From contig CAZVQU010000002.1 of the NCBI GenBank assembly GCA_964629655.1, positions 162,814 to 226,813 on the forward strand: DNA of 64,000 nucleotides. Direction: 5' to 3'. The notes under the pieces are model-generated. The model was not told the origin of the DNA, did no database searches, and saw only the letters and a program-made list of their open reading frames with translations. Both the position numbers and the translations under genes were made by a program. Numbering within the stretch: position 1 is the stretch's first letter; each line of letters starts with the position of its first letter. Source of the DNA: an uncultured Planctomycetia bacterium (GTDB lineage: Bacteria > Omnitrophota > Gorgyraeia > Duberdicusellales > 4484-171). Below are positions 55,512 through 64,000 of this stretch, one piece after another.

Positions 55512-55540
55512 ATCGTATCATACAAGAATAAACTTGTCAA
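55512..55540 (-). promoter_or_regulatory. Sigma70 promoter of the hydrogenase operon
   Basis: TTGACA-17 nt-TACGAT with an extended -10 TG. Confidence 0.65.
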
Positions 55541-55588
55541 ACAATTTTTATGTTTTTGATTGCGTTAGGTCTGTCTTAATCTAGCAGA

Positions 55589-55876
55589 TTACCCTTTAAC
55601 ATCTACATATTTAGCTAAGGTAGGGTTGAATTTGCTCAAAAAAATCATCATTCCCCAAAGTAAAGTTGTCGCTACGACAATAAGCACTCCCAGAACTAAA
55701 TCCTTAGGCGTGTTTGCAGAAACAAGGAACAACTCGCCATTGTAAAGGTGATCTATTACTCCGAACATGGCTCCTCCGTAAAACATCAGGGTCAACCACC
55801 AAACTTTGATACTCCTGTTCCTCTTCCAAGTTAATGAAGTAACTGCGGCTGCAGCTATTGATACAACATAACACAT
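55589..55876 (-). CDS. Small integral membrane protein
   Basis: SD AGGAGG; 2-3 hydrophobic segments; GVIDHLYNGEL motif of unknown function. Confidence 0.7.
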   Translation of the reverse strand: MCYVVSIAAAAVTSLTWKRNRSIKVWWLTLMFYGGAMFGVIDHLYNGELFLVSANTPKDLVLGVLIVVATTLLWGMMIFLSKFNPTLAKYVDVKG

Positions 55877-55934
55877 ATCTGACCTCCTCTTATTTATTTC
55901 TCCTTTTAAAAAGATACTACTTTTCTAAAATATG

Positions 55935-56963
55935 TCAAATGCTAAGAAATGAAATTGCTTTATCAACCACCTCTTGAGGGGTAATTTCTTCAAGGCAAAG
56001 AAAACCTTTCATGCAATTATGAGCTAAGCACTTGGTGCAGCCGACATCTTTATGAAAATAGAAACTTTTGCTGCCTCGTGGTCCCCATCGCAGGGGCGAA
56101 AGCCCTGAATCATCTCTGCCGAAAATGGAAATTACCGGAGTATTAAAACTAGCAGCAATATGAACCGGGCCGGAATCGTTAGAGATAAAAAGGGCTGCTT
56201 GTTTAAGTAAGGCTCCTAGCTCTGGGGTATTTAATCTTCCCCTTAGGTCAATAACGCCGCTATCCCTAACTAATTCCTCCCCGTGTTTTCTCTCGCTCTG
56301 CGAGGTTATTACAATTATCTTAAAATCCACTTTTTCGCTTAGCAATTTAATTACCTTCTGAAAAGACTCCTGAGGCCACCGCTTAGAAGGACAAGACGCT
56401 GAAGGATGAATGACAATGAATTTATCACTTATCCCTACCCCCTCGTCGTTAAGCAATTGTTCCACTGCTGCCCTAGCCTTAGATTTAATCGGGAAATAAG
56501 TATTAGTATTCTTAATCGGAATGTCCAGCTCTTTTAAAAGATCCAATGTATATTCGAGTTCATGCTTTTTGCCTTCTTGTTTCGTATGCTTAATCCTTTT
56601 AGTGAGTAACCTGCCTAACTTTTTATCCCATCCTACTCTTTGGGGTATTGCAGCTAAAAAGGTAATTAGATGAGCTCTGTTCGTAGGATGCAATATGAGA
56701 GCAAGGTCGAATTTCTTCTTGCGTAAATAAAGGGAAAATTTGATTGAAGCCCAAAGATTCTTTTGTTCTCGATACTTATCATAAATAATAACCTCATCTA
56801 AGTCCGGATTTCCCTCTAGAGCACTTCGGGTATATGGCCGGCAGAGAAAAGCAATATGAGCTTTGGGAAAGGCGAGACGCAAATTCCTAATCACTGGCGT
56901 AGAGAGCACAACATCTCCTAGCCTATCAGTACGAACTATTAAAATCTTATTTGGTTTTTGCAT
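55935..56963 (-). CDS. GT9 (heptosyltransferase-like) glycosyltransferase
   Basis: RTDRLGDVVLSTP, KRWP, SNDSGPVHIAA. Confidence 0.9.
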   Translation of the reverse strand: MQKPNKILIVRTDRLGDVVLSTPVIRNLRLAFPKAHIAFLCRPYTRSALEGNPDLDEVIIYDKYREQKNLWASIKFSLYLRKKKFDLALILHPTNRAHLITFLAAIPQRVGWDKKLGRLLTKRIKHTKQEGKKHELEYTLDLLKELDIPIKNTNTYFPIKSKARAAVEQLLNDEGVGISDKFIVIHPSASCPSKRWPQESFQKVIKLLSEKVDFKIIVITSQSERKHGEELVRDSGVIDLRGRLNTPELGALLKQAALFISNDSGPVHIAASFNTPVISIFGRDDSGLSPLRWGPRGSKSFYFHKDVGCTKCLAHNCMKGFLCLEEITPQEVVDKAISFLSI

Positions 56964-57882
56964 CCTTTAATATTTTATTTATAGCAGCAATAACCTCTTG
57001 GGGCGTTATCTTCATGCATTCACCGTTACGACTACATCTTGCCGTCTCGCAAGGCAGACAATCTAGCTCCTCCTTTCGTAAAACTACCGAACGTTTTGAA
57101 CGCGGATATGATCTTTCATAACTAGTTGGACCGAAAAGACAAACCACCGGCAGGCCGAGATAGCTCCCCATATGGGTAATGCTTGAATCAACTCCTAAAA
57201 GCAAACTCGCATATTTCTTAAGGAGATAAAAGATATCGCAGATACCGGTCTTACCCACCAAATCAATGACCCCCTTTTGCTTAAGTATATCCTTATAAAA
57301 TCCCCTATCTTGTTCCTGACCTAGAATAATAATGTTTTGTTTATCCTTAAAATATGAGACCACATCCTTGAGGTTAGCATATGGATATTGTTTTATATCT
57401 GAGCGTGAGCTGCAAGCAACAAATATAGCTTTTTTTATCCCCAAAGAATCCCATTTATTTTTTTCATCGTCTGTGAGAATAAAATTACTCTCTTCGCGAG
57501 TCTCTTTAGGAGCAATCTTGCTTATCAAGCTAAGATATTTATCCTCTATATGCACTTTATTAGAAAACCGGCGGATAAAAGGTGTCCTCTTGCCGATACC
57601 CAGAGCAACTGGAAGAAAGGAGTTCTTTAAGTCAGCAATCACATCATACTTGCCTCTTAAGTAACGACAGAATTTTATCTTTGCTCGTAGTTTCCAGGAC
57701 TTATCGAAGAGGATAACTTCATCGATAAAGCGATTGCGCATAAAAAATTTATGGGTCTGCGGGGAGGTGATAGCTGAGATTTTAGCCTGAGGATAGTTAG
57801 AGTGCAGCCTGTCTAGAACCGGTAAAGCGACGATTGCATCACCTAAATTAGTAGGGAAATTTATTATTATCCTCTTAACCAT
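56947..57882 (-). CDS. GT9 glycosyltransferase (divergent)
   Basis: NLGDAIVALP, DLVGKT, GVDSSITHMG, LFGPT. Confidence 0.85.
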   Translation of the reverse strand: MVKRIIINFPTNLGDAIVALPVLDRLHSNYPQAKISAITSPQTHKFFMRNRFIDEVILFDKSWKLRAKIKFCRYLRGKYDVIADLKNSFLPVALGIGKRTPFIRRFSNKVHIEDKYLSLISKIAPKETREESNFILTDDEKNKWDSLGIKKAIFVACSSRSDIKQYPYANLKDVVSYFKDKQNIIILGQEQDRGFYKDILKQKGVIDLVGKTGICDIFYLLKKYASLLLGVDSSITHMGSYLGLPVVCLFGPTSYERSYPRSKRSVVLRKEELDCLPCETARCSRNGECMKITPQEVIAAINKILKDAKTK

Positions 57883-58894
57883 TAGTTAATATATTTTTAG
57901 CTTGAGAATAGACTTCACTGACACTTAAATCCTTTAGACAAGTATTATCCTGGCAATCAAGCCTATAGCAAGGTATCTGGCAATCGACATTCTTCTTAAC
58001 CACCTTAACCGCTACTCCTCGCGGTACTGTAGCCGAAGGCGAAGTAGGACCAAAAATGACCACGGTATTTACTCCTAAAGACGCAGCTAAGTGGGCTGGC
58101 CCGGAGTCATTAGATATAAAAAGCTTTAAATTTTGCATTAGAGCACCTAGGCTCTTAAGGCTAGTCTTGCCGCAAAAGTTAAAGGACTTTTGACTCATCT
58201 TGGCTCTAACCTCCTCAATAAGTGTCCGCTGTGCTTGGGTTCCGATAAAAATAATTGCGGCCTTAAAATCCCTGACTAAAGAATCAGCCAAATTAGCAAA
58301 ATAACTCCTCGGCCAGCGCTTAAGCTCCCAGTTAGCTGAAGGATTTATACCAATAAGAAAAGCGTGATCTTTCTTTAATGGCTCTAAGTCCTTACCAACC
58401 TCATCCTTAACATCCTCAGGTATAAAAAAACTAGGCAATCTATCTTCAACAGCAATACCAGATTTCTCAAAAAGATAGAGATAGTGATCTTGACGATGAG
58501 GAGAGTCCCCAGAAGGCTCTATCTTTTTATTAAGAATCAAAGAATTCTTAATGCGCCGGTACCCGATTCTTAATTTTATGCCGGCTAAAAAACAAACCAG
58601 GGCTCGGGTAAATGAGCGATGGATAAGAAAGACCGTATCGAATTTCTTCTTTCTTAAAAGCTGAATGAATTTCAACTTAGCGAAAAAACCTCTCTGTCGA
58701 CCTCTTTCGTCAAAAACTATTACCTCATCGATATAAGGATTGTCTTGGAAAACATCTTTTACTCTATCAACCGTCATAACCCCTAGGTAAGATCCGGGAA
58801 GCTTCTTCTTCAAAGCTTTGAAAGCCGGAGTAGTGAGTAGTGAGTCACCTAGCCAATTGACACCTACAACTAAGATTTTTTTCATATTCTTCAT
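57875..58894 (-). CDS. waaF: Lipopolysaccharide heptosyltransferase II-like (GT9)
   Basis: NWLGDSLLTTP, KRWP, GKTSL, SNDSGPAHLAA, FGPT. Confidence 0.8.
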   Translation of the reverse strand: MKNMKKILVVGVNWLGDSLLTTPAFKALKKKLPGSYLGVMTVDRVKDVFQDNPYIDEVIVFDERGRQRGFFAKLKFIQLLRKKKFDTVFLIHRSFTRALVCFLAGIKLRIGYRRIKNSLILNKKIEPSGDSPHRQDHYLYLFEKSGIAVEDRLPSFFIPEDVKDEVGKDLEPLKKDHAFLIGINPSANWELKRWPRSYFANLADSLVRDFKAAIIFIGTQAQRTLIEEVRAKMSQKSFNFCGKTSLKSLGALMQNLKLFISNDSGPAHLAASLGVNTVVIFGPTSPSATVPRGVAVKVVKKNVDCQIPCYRLDCQDNTCLKDLSVSEVYSQAKNILTNG

Positions 58895-58905
58895 TGTCCT
58901 AAATA

Positions 58906-59676
58906 CTAATAAGGTTTCTTGGGTTTTCTGAAGGAATTGTAGAATCCGCTTAACTTAGCCCAAAGTTTATAACCTAAATCCCGATTGGTAATTTTAATTC
59001 TCCGCAAGGCAAAACGGTTAAGTTTTCGGGAAAAACCTCTATTGGTAGCGCAAGCGCATAGATATCCAGCCTCTTCGACATCAGACAAAGCTTCTTCAGT
59101 AAATCCGCCTATAGGATAAGAGAGTGCTCCGACGTCTTGGGAAAAGTTTTTCTCTAGCTGCCTCTTTGACTGGAAAATCTCCCTTTTCATTATCAATCTC
59201 TCTTGATCCGGCAAATAGGCATGGCTTAAGGTATGTGAACCAATATTAACTTTTATCTTATCATCAGTCAAAAAAGATACGATATTTTCTCTGGACAAGA
59301 AACCGTCTCTTCCTATTTTTTTGGCAATGACAAAGATGGTTACTGGGTAGCCAAACTCTTTTAACACCTCCATAGCCTTAAGATTATCTTTGTATCCATC
59401 ATCAAAAGTTATTACTACTAAATTTCGGGGGATAGCCTCTGCCTCCTTAAGCAATTTGCAATACTCCGGGAGAGAAACTACCTTGTAACCACCAACCCTA
59501 ATGAATTCCATTTGTTTACGAAAAACTTCAGAATCTACTGCAGCGTAAGTAGCTACCCTTGACTTATCTAAAGAGTGATACATTAATATCGGGGTTGCAT
59601 AATTTTGGTTAAGATATATCCAGAATGAACCTACCAAGAGAGCTACTACAAGAAAAAATAATGTTAATTTTTTCAT
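58906..59676 (-). CDS. Polysaccharide deacetylase (NodB-like), membrane-anchored
   Basis: PILMYH, ITFDDGY, GSHTLSH, SYP.G. ATG 59676 overlaps the upstream stop (ATGA). Confidence 0.88.
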   Translation of the reverse strand: MKKLTLFFLVVALLVGSFWIYLNQNYATPILMYHSLDKSRVATYAAVDSEVFRKQMEFIRVGGYKVVSLPEYCKLLKEAEAIPRNLVVITFDDGYKDNLKAMEVLKEFGYPVTIFVIAKKIGRDGFLSRENIVSFLTDDKIKVNIGSHTLSHAYLPDQERLIMKREIFQSKRQLEKNFSQDVGALSYPIGGFTEEALSDVEEAGYLCACATNRGFSRKLNRFALRRIKITNRDLGYKLWAKLSGFYNSFRKPKKPY

Positions 59677-60746
59677 TGGCAAACCTCTCTGTATACCCTT
59701 TCTGTATCGGTTGCCATACGTTGGCTTGAAAAGCGCAAGACGTCTTGGCTGGCCTGCTGCACAACTTTCCGGCGTAAATTATCGTTAGAAATAATATCTT
59801 CCATTCTCTCAACCAGAGCAAGGCTACTATAATTGTAAAACAAAAGGCCATTCTCTCGATCTCTTATAATTTCGGCAATACCCCCGGTATTGTAGCCAAT
59901 TACCGGAACACCCTTAGAGAAAGCTTCAAGAATTGAATAGCCAAAACCTTCTTTCTGGGAAGGCATTAATAGCAAATCTATAATATCTAAAAATTGATTA
60001 GGCCGGCAATCAATAAACCTAACTTTCTCCTCTAGCCCCTCTTGCTTCAAATATGCCCGCAATTGACTATCCAGCCTGCCCCTACCGGAAACTAACAAGT
60101 AAGCATTCTTGTGTCTAGCGGCAAGCTTAGCAATCGCATCAGCAGCCAAAAAGTGACCTTTTTCCTGCGAGACTCTGCCCAGGATGCCTATTAAATAATC
60201 TTGATTACTAAAACCCCAGTCGCCTCTAATAGCCTCTTTAGATGAAAACTCATCACTATTAATTCCATTATAAACAACCTTTATCTTCTCATCTTTTATA
60301 TTCAAATCCTTTATCAAGTGCTCTTTTACTGCTTTACTTACGGCAATACTGATTACTCCTGAGAGTTTAAATTGCTTCCTGAAGATTGACGGCCGATAAA
60401 ATCCATGATAGGCACCTATGTAGGGAAGATTGAAACGCTTATAGAGAAGAAATCCCAGGAACTGGGTTACCCGGGTATTGCAATGGACTACATCGAAATT
60501 CTCTCGACGGATAAACTTGCCTAAAGCTAGAAAAGAAAAAAGTATTTTCAGACTGCAGATAGATTTTGTTTTAATCGGAATATTCTTATAATTTACGCCG
60601 TTCTCACTTAACCTTCCAATCCACTCTCCGCCGCTACAGGCGACCCAAACATTATGATTTTGCCTCCTTAAAGATGCGCTTAAGTTAAGAACATAGCGGG
60701 AAAGACCTCCGGGATTAAGGTGAGTAGTAAGAATAAGGATATTCAC
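59673..60746 (-). CDS. GT4 glycosyltransferase
   Basis: GGL.RY, VVYNGI, GRVSQEKGH, EGFGYSILEA. Confidence 0.9.
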   Translation of the reverse strand: MNILILTTHLNPGGLSRYVLNLSASLRRQNHNVWVACSGGEWIGRLSENGVNYKNIPIKTKSICSLKILFSFLALGKFIRRENFDVVHCNTRVTQFLGFLLYKRFNLPYIGAYHGFYRPSIFRKQFKLSGVISIAVSKAVKEHLIKDLNIKDEKIKVVYNGINSDEFSSKEAIRGDWGFSNQDYLIGILGRVSQEKGHFLAADAIAKLAARHKNAYLLVSGRGRLDSQLRAYLKQEGLEEKVRFIDCRPNQFLDIIDLLLMPSQKEGFGYSILEAFSKGVPVIGYNTGGIAEIIRDRENGLLFYNYSSLALVERMEDIISNDNLRRKVVQQASQDVLRFSSQRMATDTERVYREVCQ

Positions 60747-62800
60747 CTCTTAAGTATCTCCTTTATTTTAGCTAAGACTCTTGAAGGAGAAATCTTAGCC
60801 AAACAGGCATTTGTTTCTTCAAGCCCGCACTTTGACCGGTAACAAAAAGAGCAAGGCATCTTTTCGCAAAAAACATGGAGGTCCTTGCTCTTAACTGTAT
60901 GGCGAGCCGGATCAGTAGGGCCAAAAAGGGCAATGGTAGGAATACCTAAGGCTACAGATAAATGCAGAGTTGCAGTATCAGGAGTAATGAATGCCTTTAA
61001 ATCCTTCATCACCTGAGGCAGGGTACGCAAAGTAGTCTTTCCACAAAGGTTAAGTGGTGAAGGCACAATAGACTTCTCTATTTTCCTAGCCTCCTCTCTT
61101 GAATCTTCATCTCCAAGGAGAACCACTCGAGAATTATTAAAATTCTTATGTACTAAGTCAATTAACCTTAGGATATGTCCCCGAGGCCAATTCTTTGACC
61201 GCCACTTTCGCGAAGCTGATATGTTTACACCAATAAGTTCAGCTGCCGGCAAAGCAATGGGACGTTCGGGCTCTTGAGGCCAAAAGACTAGTTTCTTTTC
61301 AGCAAATTTAATACCCAATAGCTGTAATATTCTCTCTTGGGAAAGCAACGGAGAATCCGGACGATTATATTTTATCCTCTTGGTCAACAAGAAACCTCCC
61401 CGAAAAGAATAACCAAAGGATTGTCGGGGAAAACTCAAAAAAGAGATGAGATGAGATGAACGACTATTTTGTAAATCCACTATATAATCAAATGAATAAC
61501 GCCTTAAGGCCCGAGTGATGCTAAATATATTCTTAATCTTCTTATACTTGCCCTCTAAGGTAATGACTTCATCAACATAGGGACAATCACAGAAGAAAGA
61601 GTGATATTTTTTGAGAGTTAAAAGACTGATAAAACTGCGTGGAAACTCGTCACGCAACGCCTTCAAAGAAGGTAAGCTTAATATTAAATCACCAAAAGAA
61701 GAAATCTTAATTACCAGAATTCTTAATGTCTCAGCGGTTTTCTTGTAAACTTCTTCAGTCTTTAACAAGCACTCCTCCATAGTATACTTTCGCTCTACCC
61801 CTTCCCGGGCTTGCTTGACTAACTTTTCAGCAAAATTAGAATCATCCAAAATCTTAAGAATACCTTCGGATATAGCTGAGCTGTCTCCTGGCTCAACCAA
61901 GAGTCCGTTTTTTCCATCCTCAATTATCTCTTTGAATCCTCCTACAGCAGTAGCAATAACCGGAACTCCGCAAGCAAAAGCCTCGATAGCTACCCTGCCA
62001 AAAGACTCTTCAATTACTGATGGTGCGACTAGAATGCGAGCCTTGGCCAGAATCGCTTCAACATCTTGCGTAAAACCAACAAATTCAACATTATAGTTTA
62101 GAGAAAAACGGCTTACCAAGGTTTTTAAATAATCTAAATATCTCTGTTTAGATTTATCGGCAGAACCAACTATCTTTAACTTTAGATAAGGATTAAATCT
62201 AACTACCTTTTTGAATCCTTTAATCAAATGCTCATAGCCTTTACTCGGAGAAATTCGACCAATGCTAACAATATAATTACTGTTCTTTCGGCTTTTATAG
62301 TCAGTAAAGCTAAACTTATCTAAATCAACCCAACGGCTTATAATACTTACCTTAGCTTCTGGCACCCCAAACTTATCACGCATATGGCGGGCAACTACCC
62401 GGGAAGGCGCAATAACAAATTTGCCCCACCCCATAACTTCACTAAAGAAACGATTCTTATAAATCCCATGGGCTGTGGTAACGAAATGAGTGAGACTGGA
62501 ACGAGAAGCAAAAAAACTTATCCAGCCCGGTACTCGGCTACGGGCATGAACGATATCTATCTTTTCATCTTTAATAATCTTCCTTAGTTTAGGAATAAGA
62601 AGTAATCCTAACGGCGATTTCTTATAGACCGGCAACGTGTAATGCTTAATCCCCTCAGCCTCTAGCTCGCTAGCTAGCTGACCTCCTCCGCTGACAATAA
62701 CGGTGGTGATATCCTTATCCTTAAAGAACCTGGCCAGGTCATAGACCCCTCTTTCGACACCACCGACACACATCCGAGGAAGAATTTGCATTACCCTCAT
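60743..62800 (-). CDS. GT4-GT9 fusion glycosyltransferase
   Basis: GGVERG, HARSRVP, ESFGRVAIEA (GT4), then KISSFGDLIL, KNWP, TPDTATLHL, FGPT (GT9). Confidence 0.88.
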   Translation of the reverse strand: MRVMQILPRMCVGGVERGVYDLARFFKDKDITTVIVSGGGQLASELEAEGIKHYTLPVYKKSPLGLLLIPKLRKIIKDEKIDIVHARSRVPGWISFFASRSSLTHFVTTAHGIYKNRFFSEVMGWGKFVIAPSRVVARHMRDKFGVPEAKVSIISRWVDLDKFSFTDYKSRKNSNYIVSIGRISPSKGYEHLIKGFKKVVRFNPYLKLKIVGSADKSKQRYLDYLKTLVSRFSLNYNVEFVGFTQDVEAILAKARILVAPSVIEESFGRVAIEAFACGVPVIATAVGGFKEIIEDGKNGLLVEPGDSSAISEGILKILDDSNFAEKLVKQAREGVERKYTMEECLLKTEEVYKKTAETLRILVIKISSFGDLILSLPSLKALRDEFPRSFISLLTLKKYHSFFCDCPYVDEVITLEGKYKKIKNIFSITRALRRYSFDYIVDLQNSRSSHLISFLSFPRQSFGYSFRGGFLLTKRIKYNRPDSPLLSQERILQLLGIKFAEKKLVFWPQEPERPIALPAAELIGVNISASRKWRSKNWPRGHILRLIDLVHKNFNNSRVVLLGDEDSREEARKIEKSIVPSPLNLCGKTTLRTLPQVMKDLKAFITPDTATLHLSVALGIPTIALFGPTDPARHTVKSKDLHVFCEKMPCSFCYRSKCGLEETNACLAKISPSRVLAKIKEILKR

Positions 62801-64000
62801 AGTAATTTCTCCAAAGCTCTTCCTACTGCCTCTTTATTCTTATCGAAAATCAGTGAAGTCTTTAGTTTCATTGAGCTTATGTTATAAGGTTTTCTTAAAA
62901 AACTTATCTCTCCCTCCATCGACTTTAGGAAAACTCTGCGCTTATCATCCTCGGGTTCAAGAAACACGCACACACAGGGTTTCTGTAAAGACGCAATCTC
63001 TGAAACCATAGAGATACTCTCACTGCTAACAAAAATAACATCGGCTAGATCGCCAAAACCTTCAAAAACAAAATCGTAATTATTCTTATTAGCTACAACT
63101 AAAGCCTCTAAATTAGTAAAGCCTTTTAACTCTTTCTCTAAATAGTCTTCAGCTTCCTTGGGGGTACGCCGAGACGTGCTAATAAGAATCTTATAGCCTT
63201 CTTTTAAGGAAAATTCTTTTAGCTTGGGAATGAAGAGTTTTAGATTTTCGACAAACTCTTCTTTCTCTGAAATCGGCCCTCCCAAAAAGAAAGAAATCTT
63301 CTTATCTTTGCCCAAGTTAAAAAACTCTCTGCAATCTTTCACCTTTCCTTCAAGATTATCGGGATAAAATAAAGCTCCCTTAATCATTACAGCAAAATCA
63401 CTCTGTATCCGATCGTGCTCAGGAATAATTGCTAGGTCAAATTTTCGCAAAGGTATATTTGGACGTAAAACCGTAACTGCTTTCGCTCCCAAATAAGAAG
63501 AAACCAACTTATTCACCGGGGCAATAAAACTCCCCGCGCTTATTACAATATCAGCATAAGTTCTGTCTAACTCCTGCCAGGTCTTTTTATCAACCAGATG
63601 GGTTAGAAAGGTCCCGCAACTAAGCCAGTTTCTCCCGGCAAAGAAAGCTATCATATCAGCGAATATCCTCCCAAACTTATTCTTATACTTAACCTCGATG
63701 ACCTTGCTTCTTATCTGCAAACCTTCTACAGGCAATAAAGACAGTAGAGCTTTCGCTTGCTTAAGATGGCCGGGTTTACCGTCACTTAAGATTAGGATAT
63801 CACGATCCACCTTATGTTTGAAACGCTTATAATACCAGAAATACTCCCAGGGATACTTCTTTAGGAGTTCTTCGTAAATTTTATTTAATTCTGTTAATAC
63901 TTCTCTATCATCCCTGCCTTCAACATCTATAGGCTCACTTATTTCCAGTAGATGAGAAAAATTCTTCCGGCGGCGGCAAAAAGTAATATATATCTTCTTA
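62797..64000 (-). CDS. LpxL/HtrB-like acyltransferase fused to an ELM1/GtrOC1-family domain; 5' end outside the window
   Basis: Frame is open from the window edge: ...ELLKKYPWEYFWYYKRFKHK-VDRDILILSDGKPGH..., then PEHD, LGG, STSRRTP, SESISMVSE. Confidence 0.8.
   Translation of the reverse strand, partial: KKIYITFCRRRKNFSHLLEISEPIDVEGRDDREVLTELNKIYEELLKKYPWEYFWYYKRFKHKVDRDILILSDGKPGHLKQAKALLSLLPVEGLQIRSKVIEVKYKNKFGRIFADMIAFFAGRNWLSCGTFLTHLVDKKTWQELDRTYADIVISAGSFIAPVNKLVSSYLGAKAVTVLRPNIPLRKFDLAIIPEHDRIQSDFAVMIKGALFYPDNLEGKVKDCREFFNLGKDKKISFFLGGPISEKEEFVENLKLFIPKLKEFSLKEGYKILISTSRRTPKEAEDYLEKELKGFTNLEALVVANKNNYDFVFEGFGDLADVIFVSSESISMVSEIASLQKPCVCVFLEPEDDKRRVFLKSMEGEISFLRKPYNISSMKLKTSLIFDKNKEAVGRALEKLL

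Noticed and set aside
1911-62587. Many + strand ORFs in the track (e.g. 1911-2381, 8074-8568, 21901-22260, 42946-43188, 54767-55090)
   Set aside because: They are antisense shadows of well-supported minus-strand genes with no motifs of their own. Only yqeY (18947-19393) is accepted on +.

Overview
AT-rich bacterial chromosomal window with almost every gene on the minus strand; only yqeY is on +. Gene content and style suggest a diderm anaerobe such as Candidatus Omnitrophota, which is an inference only. Left to right: (1) a type IV pilus/c-di-GMP signalling block (TMTC-like glycosyltransferase, pilin, PilC, PilB, REC-EAL, four stand-alone REC proteins, a PAS histidine kinase); (2) dinB, M48 peptidase, MscS, a REC-GGDEF-MshEN protein and a 1054-aa EF-G with an N-terminal membrane anchor and coiled coil; (3) STAS-PilZ, uppP and a zf-HC2 membrane protein with a 360-bp tandem duplication; (4) a cobalamin-riboswitch-controlled btuFCD/btuB operon with two DUF71/Dph6-like genes, next to tRNA-Arg(CCT); (5) housekeeping genes (apt, sigma70, ppdK, glyQS); (6) a ~16-kb operon with a Rex-like operator, encoding an Mrp-coupled group 4 [NiFe]-hydrogenase with an AsrA/AsrB-like NAD(P)-linked module; (7) an LPS core glycosyltransferase cluster ending in an LpxL-ELM1 fusion. 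The best candidate for an undescribed system is the maturation module of the [NiFe] operon. It has a HycI-like protease, a HypA lacking its zinc finger, a HypC domain fused to a HydE-like radical SAM enzyme, and HydG. No hypB/D/E/F and no hydA/hydF are present in the window. This suggests [FeFe]-type radical SAM chemistry may build the Fe(CN)(CO) unit of a [NiFe] enzyme. All calls come from reading motifs by eye; no database searches were run.
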